In this document: piece after piece, positions 38,191 to 47,443 of the stretch
How the letters are laid out: each line of letters starts with the position of its first letter
Numbering within the stretch: position 1 is the first letter of the stretch
NCBI GenBank assembly: GCA_023429135.1
Contig: JAEYWD010000115.1
Location: 74,471 to 138,470, forward strand
Source of the DNA: Bacteroidota bacterium
GTDB lineage: Bacteria > Bacteroidota > Bacteroidia > Bacteroidales > JAAUTT01
Direction: 5' to 3'
DNA: 64,000 nucleotides
Translations under genes and position numbers: made by a program
The notes under the pieces: model-generated
Database searches by the model: none
What the model was told of the DNA's origin: nothing
What the model saw: only the letters and a program-made list of their open reading frames with translations

Positions 38191-40416
38191 TCAGAAATTT
38201 TCAAACAGCTTATCATCTTTATCAGTTACATCGAGATTTACATTTATGCCTGGATTGTGTTCTCCTGTTTTAATATTCTTCGGTTGTTGTGTGCTTTTCC
38301 TGAAATTTTTAGGAGAAGCTTTAGTCGGTTGAATCGTTTTTACCTGACGTCCTGTATTGAAGAAACTTATTGTTTCTCTGAGCAACTCGGCCTGGCCGGC
38401 TAATTCTTCTGCGCTGGAACTCATTTCTTCAGCCGATGCTGCATTTTCCTGAGTAACCTGTGTAAACTGGTTAACAGCCTTGGTGATTTGATCAGATCCC
38501 ATACGTTGCTCGTTGCTCGATGCTGCAATTTCTTTAACAAGTTGCGCTGTTTTTTGGATTTCAGGAATTATCTTCATCATCATACTGCCCGATTCCTCTG
38601 TTACTTTTAAGCTTGATGCTGAAAGCTCGTTTATTTCTACAGCAGCTTTTTGGCTAACCTCAGCAAGTTTGCGGACTTCAGCAGCCACTACTGCAAAACC
38701 TTTGCCTTGTTCTCCTGCACGGGCAGCTTCAATGGCTGCGTTAATGGCTAAAATGTCGGTTTTGCCTGCAATATCATTTATTATCTTAATTTTTTCCGAA
38801 ATTTTTCTGATTGCTTCCAGGCTTTTCTGTGCAGCATTATTTACATCAATCATACCCTGAGCAGATGCTACTGCTATTTTTTCTGTGGCTACAGAGTTAT
38901 CACTGTTTTGTTGAATACTTGAAGCCATTTCTTCAATAGAGGAGGAAACCTCTTCAGCCGAGGCCGATTGCTCGTTAGCACCTTCGGCAATTTGAACTGC
39001 CGAAGAACTCATTTGATTACTACTTGTGGAAACATTCTGCGCTGCTTCCATAACTTGGCTAACAATTTCACTAAGTCGTACAACCATGTCGGAAAGAGCA
39101 CCCATTAACTCGTCATTTTCTGAGCGTTTTGTAAGTGTTACCGTCAGATCGCCTTGTGCAACCATTTTAGCCTTGGTAATAATTTCATTGAAGGCGTTAA
39201 TAAGAATATTTAAGTTGTTTTTAATTGCATTGAAATCGCCATTGTAATTTTCAACGATAATTCCAGGCATATCGCCTTTCGATATTTTTTCAACATATGA
39301 AGCTGCTACATTTAACGGCCCGATAACAGCGTCGAGTGTGTAGTTTACTCCCTCTACAATTTTTCTGAAGTCGCCCTCATGCCTGCCTGCGTCAGCTCGT
39401 GTTATGAGTTTGCCTTCCACTGCCGCCTTTGTAAGCGAGGCAGCGTCTTCAATGAGTAGATTTATCGCATCTATACAGGTGTTGAGATTGTTTTTAATTT
39501 CGTTAAAATCGCCATTATAACTATCTGTAATTTTAGGAGGGATGTGTCCTTTAGAGATACGATCTACATAATTGGCTGCAACATTAAGCGGGTTAATAAC
39601 AGCATCGAGAGTTTTGTTAATGCCAATTACTATTTCCCGAAATTCTTCATTTGTATCTTCCGGTCTGGCTCTTACTGATAATTTCCCTGCTACTGCTGAG
39701 TCGACCAATTCTTTTGTTTGTTTTACAACAGATTTAATAATGCTTTGAATATTAGCAGCAATAAAAAAACCAAATATTAAAGCAAGTACAACAGCGAATA
39801 ATAGCGCAGTAACTAAAATATTTATTGAACTGGAGGCATGGTCGTTTGCGTCTTTTACACTTTGAGCGGCAACCTTTTTGTTAATTTCTACAAGGTTGTT
39901 CAATAGTTTCTCTGCATTGGAAAAGGGATCTGCTATAGTAATCAAAGCATAATCACTATATAGTTGGTAAGTTTTGTCGGAGGGGTCGGCATCGTAATTA
40001 AGTGACAATTGAACCCCTTGAAGGTGCAGATTCCAATAAATATCCCATGCTTTAACAAAATCTTTCCAAACTTTTGCTTCTTCTTCCGTTTGAGGAAGTG
40101 CCTCGTAAATGTTCCGTGCATCGTCATACCTTTTTTTTGCATTGTCAAATCTCTGGTAAGCAGCCTTCCGGGCTTCTTTGGAGGCGATTCTCGAAAGCAG
40201 GGCATTCTCTGCAGCATCAACAGCGGTTTGAGCTTCACTCATAATTAAAAGCGATTCGATACTTGGCATTCTAACCTGGGCTATCTCGTCCTGAGAGGCT
40301 TTAATAGTTTTCATGCCATTGTATCCTATATAGCCGGTTAAGCAAGCTAAGGATACCACTATAACAAAACTCATTAAAAGTTTTGTTCTTATTTTCATCT
40401 TGTTAAACCATTTCAT
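38191..40416 (-). CDS. Methyl-accepting chemotaxis protein with two cytoplasmic HAMP-like modules (MCP5)
   Basis: 741 aa from the ATG at 40414-40416 (MKWFNKMKIRTKLL, compare MCP4 MNWVKNMKIRTKLL); the listed ORF start is a TTG. The signalling domain is the same as in the other MCPs. C-terminus LFENF. Confidence 0.93.
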   Translation of the reverse strand: MKWFNKMKIRTKLLMSFVIVVSLACLTGYIGYNGMKTIKASQDEIAQVRMPSIESLLIMSEAQTAVDAAENALLSRIASKEARKAAYQRFDNAKKRYDDARNIYEALPQTEEEAKVWKDFVKAWDIYWNLHLQGVQLSLNYDADPSDKTYQLYSDYALITIADPFSNAEKLLNNLVEINKKVAAQSVKDANDHASSSINILVTALLFAVVLALIFGFFIAANIQSIIKSVVKQTKELVDSAVAGKLSVRARPEDTNEEFREIVIGINKTLDAVINPLNVAANYVDRISKGHIPPKITDSYNGDFNEIKNNLNTCIDAINLLIEDAASLTKAAVEGKLITRADAGRHEGDFRKIVEGVNYTLDAVIGPLNVAASYVEKISKGDMPGIIVENYNGDFNAIKNNLNILINAFNEIITKAKMVAQGDLTVTLTKRSENDELMGALSDMVVRLSEIVSQVMEAAQNVSTSSNQMSSSAVQIAEGANEQSASAEEVSSSIEEMASSIQQNSDNSVATEKIAVASAQGMIDVNNAAQKSLEAIRKISEKIKIINDIAGKTDILAINAAIEAARAGEQGKGFAVVAAEVRKLAEVSQKAAVEINELSASSLKVTEESGSMMMKIIPEIQKTAQLVKEIAASSNEQRMGSDQITKAVNQFTQVTQENAASAEEMSSSAEELAGQAELLRETISFFNTGRQVKTIQPTKASPKNFRKSTQQPKNIKTGEHNPGINVNLDVTDKDDKLFENF

Positions 40417-40569
40417 ATCCAATAGTTTTTGTGTTTAAAAAAATGTGCTCAATATTTACTGAATGGTCATTAAATTCAGAATGTCCTACATGATTCTATG
40501 AGACAGAAATCCAAAGGCTTTACAATTTCAATGTAAATTTACATTAGAAAAGTGCCGAAAAAACCGTAT

Positions 40570-40606
40570 GAACTAACTGTTTTTGGTCAATATAAAGGAT
40601 GATTTT
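40570..40606 (-). promoter_or_regulatory. Conserved bipartite che-upstream motif, copy C
   Basis: The + strand reads GAACTAACTGTTTTTGGTCAATATAAAGGATGATTTT, about 155 nt upstream of the mcp5 start. Confidence 0.5.
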
Positions 40607-40867
40607 TTTCAAACCAAAGTATTGCTTTTTTATTCAATATTTCAATTATTGCACTGTTATTCAAGGTTATGTCGGGTTTTATGATATGAAAACTTTCATA
40701 GCTAATTTTTAGTCAAGTGGTATGTTAATTTGAAAAGGAGAAAATCGGAATTCGGCCTCTTTTTTTCTTATTCCGTCAACTTGTAAATAACTAATTAATG
40801 GTTGTTTCTATATTGGATTTTAAAAATGCTATGTTTGTACCGACTGCTTTAACTAATTCAAAATAAT

Positions 40868-41140
40868 ATGTATCAATATTCTCTCAAGGGGCATTGCCCT
40901 GAAAAAAGGGAAAAAGCATTTGGTGAAGTGGAGGAAATAATAAGAAGTTATGGGTGGATAGTTGCTTTTAACCATTCGACGGAATCGTCGTTAAATTTAG
41001 TTGTTGAATTGCCTAACTGTAAGGCCGACAAACTGCTTAACGGCCTTGGAAAGAAAATGAATCTTTCAGATATAAAGCTGAAAGAAACGCAGCGGAAAAC
41101 CTGCTGCGAGATGCTGATTAATTTGTCGTTTCAAAACTGA
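40868..41140 (+). CDS. Small hypothetical protein
   Basis: 90 aa ORF with an ATG start and no recognisable motif. It is the only ORF in an otherwise empty interval and converges on the aspartate kinase gene. Confidence 0.35.
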   Translation: MYQYSLKGHCPEKREKAFGEVEEIIRSYGWIVAFNHSTESSLNLVVELPNCKADKLLNGLGKKMNLSDIKLKETQRKTCCEMLINLSFQN

Positions 41141-41153
41141 GGAGATATGGGCG

Positions 41154-42413
41154 TTATTCGCCCATATCCTTTACTACCAACTGTATGGTTCGTTTGTTTT
41201 TCTGTTCCAGCACGAGCTGTTTGTTTATCATTACCCTTTCTATTGTAGCGGTGTCGTAATAACGAATGGTTATAAGTTCCAGACCTTCTTCAAACGAGGT
41301 GGTAAAAGTCTTTTCAAGTTCGGTCATAAGTTCTTTAATACGGTCCATTCTGTTATTAACGAGCGCCATAAAACTAACCGCCGAGTTTTGCATCAGGTTA
41401 ATTCTGATGCCGTGGCGTGCAAAGGTTTCGAAAATTTCGGTTAAACTGGCTTCGGCAATAAAGGAAAAGTCGCGGGGTGAGATGTGTATCAATACCTGGT
41501 CCATTTTAAAGATAAAAGATGGAATAAGCGATTCGTACTGAACATCGCCAATAATGGTTCCCGGGTCGTTGGGATATACAAACGATTTTACATGTAACTT
41601 AATGTTTTTATTTTGCAGCGGCTTAATAGTTTTCGGGTGAATTACACTGGCACCGTAATATGCAAGCTCAATAGCATCGAGATAAGATAGTTGTCCTAAC
41701 CTTACTGTATTGTCAAAGTATTTGGGGTCTGCGTTCAGAACACCAGGCACATCTTTCCATATAACAACTTTTTCGGCTTCCAGGATATGTGCTAAAATAG
41801 CAGCCGTGTAGTCAGATCCTTCTCTTCCAAGGGTGGTGGTTAATCCGGTGTCGTCAAAGCCCAGAAATCCCTGGGTGATATGAATTTTTTCTTTTTTTAT
41901 ATTGAAATTTTCTTTTACAAGTCGTTCCGAAACTTCCCAATCAACTACTGCTTCGCGCCAGGTTGAATCTGTTTTCAGGCATTTGCGAACATCTGTCCAC
42001 TTGTTTTTTATGCCGCGTTCGTTTAAAAAAGCGCTTACAATTTTGGTCGACAAAACTTCGCCAAACGAAACAATCTGATCGTATTGCTGGTCGTAAGCAC
42101 CTTTATCTTCTTTCATCAAAATACTGCGCATCAGGTCAAACTCCTGGTTAATTTCAGCAAAAACAGCATGCTTTTCCTGTTGAAATAGTTCTTTAAGAAT
42201 ACCAATATGATATTCTTTTAAAGCGGTGAATTCCATGTCGAACGATTGGCCTTTGTAAGCCTGATCGTGAATTTTTTCGAGACTGTTGGTGGTCTTTCCG
42301 AATGCGGAAATTACTATCACCAGAGGTTCTTTGAACGATTCAATGATATGGGCCAGATTTAAAATCCCGCCCGATGTTTTTACCGATGCTCCCCCGAATT
42401 TGAATACAAGCAT
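41154..42413 (-). CDS. lysC: Aspartate kinase
   Basis: 419 aa from the ATG at 42411-42413. Amino-acid-kinase N-terminus VFKFGGASV, plus GFLGFDDTGLTTTLGREGSDYTAA, and C-terminal ACT-like repeats. The listed longer start is a TTG. Confidence 0.88.
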   Translation of the reverse strand: MLVFKFGGASVKTSGGILNLAHIIESFKEPLVIVISAFGKTTNSLEKIHDQAYKGQSFDMEFTALKEYHIGILKELFQQEKHAVFAEINQEFDLMRSILMKEDKGAYDQQYDQIVSFGEVLSTKIVSAFLNERGIKNKWTDVRKCLKTDSTWREAVVDWEVSERLVKENFNIKKEKIHITQGFLGFDDTGLTTTLGREGSDYTAAILAHILEAEKVVIWKDVPGVLNADPKYFDNTVRLGQLSYLDAIELAYYGASVIHPKTIKPLQNKNIKLHVKSFVYPNDPGTIIGDVQYESLIPSFIFKMDQVLIHISPRDFSFIAEASLTEIFETFARHGIRINLMQNSAVSFMALVNNRMDRIKELMTELEKTFTTSFEEGLELITIRYYDTATIERVMINKQLVLEQKNKRTIQLVVKDMGE

Positions 42414-42565
42414 AATTGTTATCTTTATTTTTTTCAAATATATATAACGACCAAAGGCAATAAAATGATAAAGTTAAGTTTCTTAACATAAATTAAGAAT
42501 TGATACTGTAACAAACATATTTCGGGATCGTCTTAGCTCAAATCCTAAACAAAAACCTTTTACTT

Positions 42566-45199
42566 ATGCAATTCTTTTTACGCGCCAGTTTTCTTTTTAC
42601 TTTTATTCTAATGGCCAATTTATCCTACTCACAGGGAGTTAAAGGGCGATTAACCGACTCCAAAAACAATCCGATACCATTTGCCGCCGTTTACGACGAA
42701 AGTACATATGCCGGCACAACAAGTAATGCTGAGGGATTTTACGAACTCCGGCTTGCCGCCGGAAAGCATTCGCTTGTATTTAAGTCATTGGGTTATTTTG
42801 TTGAAAGACGAATGATAGAGGTTACTACAGGGTTTCTGACTTTAAATCTGAAATTAAGTGAACAGGCTTACGAACTTAAAGATGTTGTTGTAACGCCCGG
42901 CAAGGAAGATCCCGCCTACGCCATTATGCGGAAGGTTATTGGTTTGGCTCCTTACCATCTGCATCAGGTGAAGGAGTATTCGGCCGATGTTTATCTGCGT
43001 GGATCAATTCATATTATTAAGATGCCCAAATTTATTTCGAAAAGAATTGAGGTAAATGGAAAGAAAGGCGTTGTCAAAAGCGGCGATGTTTATATGGAAG
43101 AATCTCTTAACCAGATTGATTTTACAGCACCTGATAAATATAATCAAAAGGTTAAATCCTTCCGGACTAATTTTCCGGGAGAAAACAGCGTGAGTCCGAT
43201 GCAGATTGTACGTTCAAGTTTTTATCAGCCTAAAATAGATGAGGCTATTTCGCCTTTGGCGCCCAACGCTTTCAGTTTTTATAAATACCGGTACGAAGGA
43301 CATTCTAAAGACGGTGCTTTTACCATATTTAAAATAAAGGTTATTCCTAAACGGAACAGTCAACAGTTGGTAAGTGGATATATATTCGTGATCGATCAGC
43401 TTTGGTGTTTACACTCTGTGGATGTTTCGCAGGAAATGTTTTTCGGGAAACTTGATTATAAGGAAATATTTTCTCCTGTGAAAGGCGAAGCCTGGCTGCC
43501 CATAAGCTATGTATTTTATGTAAATGCCGGAATAATGGGTATTAAGGCCGATTTTAAATATACAAGTTCGGTAAAGTACCAGAAAGTTTTATTGAACGAC
43601 AAAAAAGCTATAAAGCCAGTTAAAGTTGAAGATGCAAAGGAAACACCCGAAATACCCGTTAAGAAAACTGATCCTAAAAAGCAGAAGCGACAGGAAGAAA
43701 TTGAGCGTTTAATGGCTAAGGAGAATTTGAATAACCGGGATATGGTTAAACTTTCAGGCCTTATGGAAAAAGAAGCTCCCCCGGATACTGCCAGAACCAA
43801 ATCGCTCGAATTAAAACCGTGGAACAATACAAAGGTCGAAATTGAGAAAGATGCTATGAAAAAGGATACATCGTACTGGAATACTGTGCGGCCTATCCCC
43901 CTTACATCTATGGAATCCGGGCTGTCCGATTCGATAAAGCTGCCAAAAAAGGATACCATCGTCAAAAAAGATACAGCCAGGAAAGAGAATAAAACAATGA
44001 AAAAGATTGGTAGAATTGCTTTTGGTGGTGCCGGTTTCGAAATGTTCGATTCTACCACTCGAGTTAATTATAATGGGCTAATTGGTTTAAAGAATTTTGG
44101 ATTCAATACAGTAGATGGTTTCGTTTTTAAGCAATCCGTTGGAATAAGGGTAAAGGTTGATTCTATCAGGCAGTTGAGAATTGACCCGGGAGTTGCATAT
44201 GCATTTAGCAGAAAGAGCTTTATGTGGTGGGTAAATGTAAATTTCGAATACGATCCGATGAGGGGAGGGGAATTTAAAGTGAAATACGAAAAATCATCAA
44301 CCGACTACAATTCAAATTATCCTATGAGCGATGAGTTAAATGCTTTGACTTCACTCTTTCTGAGAAAAAATTACAAAAAATTCTACGAAACTCATCATAT
44401 CGAATTGTCGAATAGTATTGATATTGTAAATGGCATGAAGTTTACAGCCAAGTTGGGTTATAGCAGCGAGCAACTACTTACAAATCATAGCGACTATTCT
44501 TTTTTCTACCAGAGTACGCGCGATTATTCTTCTAACATCCCTGAGACCGATGCCTTGGCTCTTTTGAATAATCAAAGCAATAAAGAAGCATATTTCAATT
44601 TAATGATTGAGTATACACCTCAGTATTATTACCGGGTATGGAAAGGGCGCAAACGCTATTCACATTCAAAATATCCAACTTTTTTTGCGGTTTACCGGAA
44701 AGCCATTCCCGGTGTTTTAAACTCTACGGCCAATTTCGACTATTTGGAGATTGGGGCGCGGCAATCAAAAGAATGGGGGATGATGCATAGTTTTAATTGG
44801 AATATTGTCGCTGGTAAATACTTGAACCGGAGTAAAATGTATCTTAGCGATTACCGGTTTTTTAATAATCAGCCACTTTCGGTGATGTTTAATAAATCGG
44901 ATAATTCATTTTTTCTCCCCGGTTTGTATGCAAATGCCACAAATGACAGTTTTGTCGAAGGACACATGACTTTCACCACTCCCTATCTCTTAATAAAGTA
45001 CCTTCCGTTTTTGAGTAATAAAATCTGGCTCGAGAATCTTCATCTGAATTATTTATATACACCGCAAACAGGGCATTATTGGGAAACAGGGTACAGTATC
45101 AGTCAGATTTATGCAATCGGAGGTATTGGGGTTTATGCAGGTTTTAATGGATCAAAGTATAGCTCGGTGGGAGTGAAGGTTACTCTTGCTTTTGATTAA
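42566..45199 (+). CDS. DUF5686-type outer-membrane protein with CarboxypepD_reg domain
   Basis: 877 aa with a signal peptide. The N-terminal carboxypeptidase-regulatory-like domain reads GVKGRLTDSKNNPIPFAAVYDE ... YELRL. A long beta-rich C-terminus is typical of the Bacteroidota DUF5686 family. Confidence 0.75.
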   Translation: MQFFLRASFLFTFILMANLSYSQGVKGRLTDSKNNPIPFAAVYDESTYAGTTSNAEGFYELRLAAGKHSLVFKSLGYFVERRMIEVTTGFLTLNLKLSEQAYELKDVVVTPGKEDPAYAIMRKVIGLAPYHLHQVKEYSADVYLRGSIHIIKMPKFISKRIEVNGKKGVVKSGDVYMEESLNQIDFTAPDKYNQKVKSFRTNFPGENSVSPMQIVRSSFYQPKIDEAISPLAPNAFSFYKYRYEGHSKDGAFTIFKIKVIPKRNSQQLVSGYIFVIDQLWCLHSVDVSQEMFFGKLDYKEIFSPVKGEAWLPISYVFYVNAGIMGIKADFKYTSSVKYQKVLLNDKKAIKPVKVEDAKETPEIPVKKTDPKKQKRQEEIERLMAKENLNNRDMVKLSGLMEKEAPPDTARTKSLELKPWNNTKVEIEKDAMKKDTSYWNTVRPIPLTSMESGLSDSIKLPKKDTIVKKDTARKENKTMKKIGRIAFGGAGFEMFDSTTRVNYNGLIGLKNFGFNTVDGFVFKQSVGIRVKVDSIRQLRIDPGVAYAFSRKSFMWWVNVNFEYDPMRGGEFKVKYEKSSTDYNSNYPMSDELNALTSLFLRKNYKKFYETHHIELSNSIDIVNGMKFTAKLGYSSEQLLTNHSDYSFFYQSTRDYSSNIPETDALALLNNQSNKEAYFNLMIEYTPQYYYRVWKGRKRYSHSKYPTFFAVYRKAIPGVLNSTANFDYLEIGARQSKEWGMMHSFNWNIVAGKYLNRSKMYLSDYRFFNNQPLSVMFNKSDNSFFLPGLYANATNDSFVEGHMTFTTPYLLIKYLPFLSNKIWLENLHLNYLYTPQTGHYWETGYSISQIYAIGGIGVYAGFNGSKYSSVGVKVTLAFD

Positions 45200-45267
45200 T
45201 TAATAGCTATTGTCCGGTTAAAATATTAATAAGAATCTAAAGAGTAGATTTACTTTTGGTGAGATAA

Positions 45268-45306
45268 GGAGACTTAGTGGGCGGCTTCGTCGCCCACTAA
45301 GTCTCC
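45268..45306. terminator. Strong hairpin between convergent genes
   Basis: Perfect 16-bp stem GGAGACTTAGTGGGCG (45268-45283) pairs with CGCCCACTAAGTCTCC (45291-45306) around a 7-nt loop, followed by CTCCCTTTT. Confidence 0.6.
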
Positions 45307-45399
45307 TCCCTTTTACCCCCCCCATGAAAGCCTTGTCATTTAGACCACCGGGAGAAATCTTATATTTTAACGGAGATCATTATTACTCTATTGTATTGT

Positions 45400-46014
45400 T
45401 CATGAGCCCGATCCCTGTTTTCGGTATTTATTTAGTTCGGCCAGGTGATTGCGCGATAATTCCTGTTCACGTTGTAAAGCACGTTTTCTGAACTTCTCAA
45501 ATTCGTCTCTGGTCTCCTGGAGGTCCTGTTTATTCTGGATGGTTACTTTATTGCTTCTTTTAAATAGTATAATAAATATTACAAGCACAATTGCTAACAG
45601 GCCTATAATAATCCACATGGTTCTGGAGTAAGCTTCCTTGCTCATAAGTATTCCCAGGAACCGGATACTGTTTTTCTCTTTAAATGTATTGTCGAGCTTG
45701 TCATTAGTGGACTTTAGCTGTGCTTTAACCGAGTCCATGTTGGATTTGTGCGCAGCAATTGTATTATTTGAGTTATTGAGTGTAGCTCTGAGTTTTTTTA
45801 ATGTATCCAGAACGTTGGTCCTTAGGGAATTTAACGAAACCTCCTTAACAACTTTAAAGTCCTGGTACCGCGAGGAGGTTTCAAATATTGTCCGGAACTG
45901 ATCCTCAATAGATCCCTTACTTTGCTGAGCATAGCTGCTTGGTGCAAATGCCAGCGAAATGCCCAAAATAGCCAGGACTGTGAAAAATGTTAGTTTAGTT
46001 CTTATCAGATTCAT
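45400..46014 (-). CDS. Secreted/membrane-anchored coiled-coil protein, function unknown
   Basis: 204 aa. Signal peptide (LAILGISLAFAPSSYAQ), a heptad-like central region, one TM helix (MWIIIGLLAIVLVIFIILF), and a charged C-terminal tail. Confidence 0.6.
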   Translation of the reverse strand: MNLIRTKLTFFTVLAILGISLAFAPSSYAQQSKGSIEDQFRTIFETSSRYQDFKVVKEVSLNSLRTNVLDTLKKLRATLNNSNNTIAAHKSNMDSVKAQLKSTNDKLDNTFKEKNSIRFLGILMSKEAYSRTMWIIIGLLAIVLVIFIILFKRSNKVTIQNKQDLQETRDEFEKFRKRALQREQELSRNHLAELNKYRKQGSGS

Positions 46015-46333
46015 ATGCTTTGATTTAATTATTATCCAACTTTGATTTTATAAATGCTTTAACGTTATCTGTTTTTAAAAATTGCCTGTAAAAACATCTA
46101 TTCTTTTTTATTTTCTAAGGGTTTGGCAATTCTCCGGCATTTTTGCCGATGGCTTTGATCTACAGCATAGTTTGTAAAATACTTCTGCAATAGATGTTTA
46201 TTCAAATTACCAAATAAGAAACAGATCAAACTTTTTTAAGTTTTCAAATTTTTATTCATTGTTTTATTATAAAATTCTATCTTCATTTTTTTGTTTTCGT
46301 TATAGTCGTTTTGTTTTACATGTAAGTTGTTTA

Positions 46334-47443
46334 ATGAATTTACGATTTTTTTTTCATATCAGTATTCTTTTGTCTGTAATTTGTTCAACATTGAGTTCTC
46401 AAAGTTCATCATGGAAGGAAAGAGTTTATGTCGATGTTAACTATCAGTATGGATTCGTGATGCCTCATCTCGATTACATTTCGTTTTTTGTTAAGGAACA
46501 TATACAAGGTTTTCAGATTAACATGGGCTTGTTTACCAATGGGGCGAAAAGTTGGCACAAATCATACAATTATCCTCAATTAGGCATTGGTTACCATTAT
46601 TCGGGTTTGTCTAATTATGATGTCTACGGAAGTATGAACGCTATCTATGGTTATGTGGACCGATATTATTTAAACCGAAAGAACAGATTTAACTTTGGAA
46701 ACAAACTCTCTCTCGGGGGGGCTTATATCAACAAAAAATTCGATCTGGAAAATAACGGGACCAACCTGGCAATTGGATCAAAACTGAATGCCTATGTTAA
46801 TTATAGTTTTGAAGGAAAATTCAGGATTACACCGGAAATTGATATGAAACTGGGGACTGGCATAACGCATGTTTCGAACGGAAGTTTTAAGCAACCCAAT
46901 AAAGGTCTTAATTTCTTTACCGTATTTTCAGGTTTTTCTTATTCATTTAGTCCAAATATGGCTTATGAACCTTTAATTCCGGAAGCAGATTCATCAAAAC
47001 ATCAGTTTTTATTGGTCACCTGCATGGGGTACAAGCAAATTTCTAGAAAATACGATTATAGCTATATGGTAAACGGGATTTCGGGAGAGTATGCTCATCT
47101 TATTACTGGCAACAGTTGGGGAGGAGCTGCATTAACTTTTTACTACGACCCATCTCTCAAAAAGGAAATATGGATGGACGATACCATACAGGCAAAGTTT
47201 ATCGATAATGTTCGTGTAGCTCTTAATCTTTCTTATGAACTTAAAATGGGTCGTATATCTTATGTTTTTCAGCCAGGTTTTTATCTGAAGAATTTATATA
47301 AAAAATCGGGAGTTATTTCGAATCGTCTTTCGGTTCGTTATCAGTTAACTCACAGGTTTTACGCTTCATTTACAATTAAGGCTCATTGGTTTGCAATTGC
47401 CGATTTTTTTGAATGGGGGATTGGTTATAGATGGAAAAAATAA
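46334..47443 (+). CDS. Acyloxyacyl hydrolase / PagL-like lipid A deacylase family protein
   Basis: 369 aa from the ATG at 46334 (signal peptide MNLRFFFHISILLSVICSTLSSQ). PagL-like THVSNGSFKQPNKGLN (HxSN motif) and a beta-barrel-like pattern. The listed longer start is a TTG. Confidence 0.65.
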   Translation: MNLRFFFHISILLSVICSTLSSQSSSWKERVYVDVNYQYGFVMPHLDYISFFVKEHIQGFQINMGLFTNGAKSWHKSYNYPQLGIGYHYSGLSNYDVYGSMNAIYGYVDRYYLNRKNRFNFGNKLSLGGAYINKKFDLENNGTNLAIGSKLNAYVNYSFEGKFRITPEIDMKLGTGITHVSNGSFKQPNKGLNFFTVFSGFSYSFSPNMAYEPLIPEADSSKHQFLLVTCMGYKQISRKYDYSYMVNGISGEYAHLITGNSWGGAALTFYYDPSLKKEIWMDDTIQAKFIDNVRVALNLSYELKMGRISYVFQPGFYLKNLYKKSGVISNRLSVRYQLTHRFYASFTIKAHWFAIADFFEWGIGYRWKK

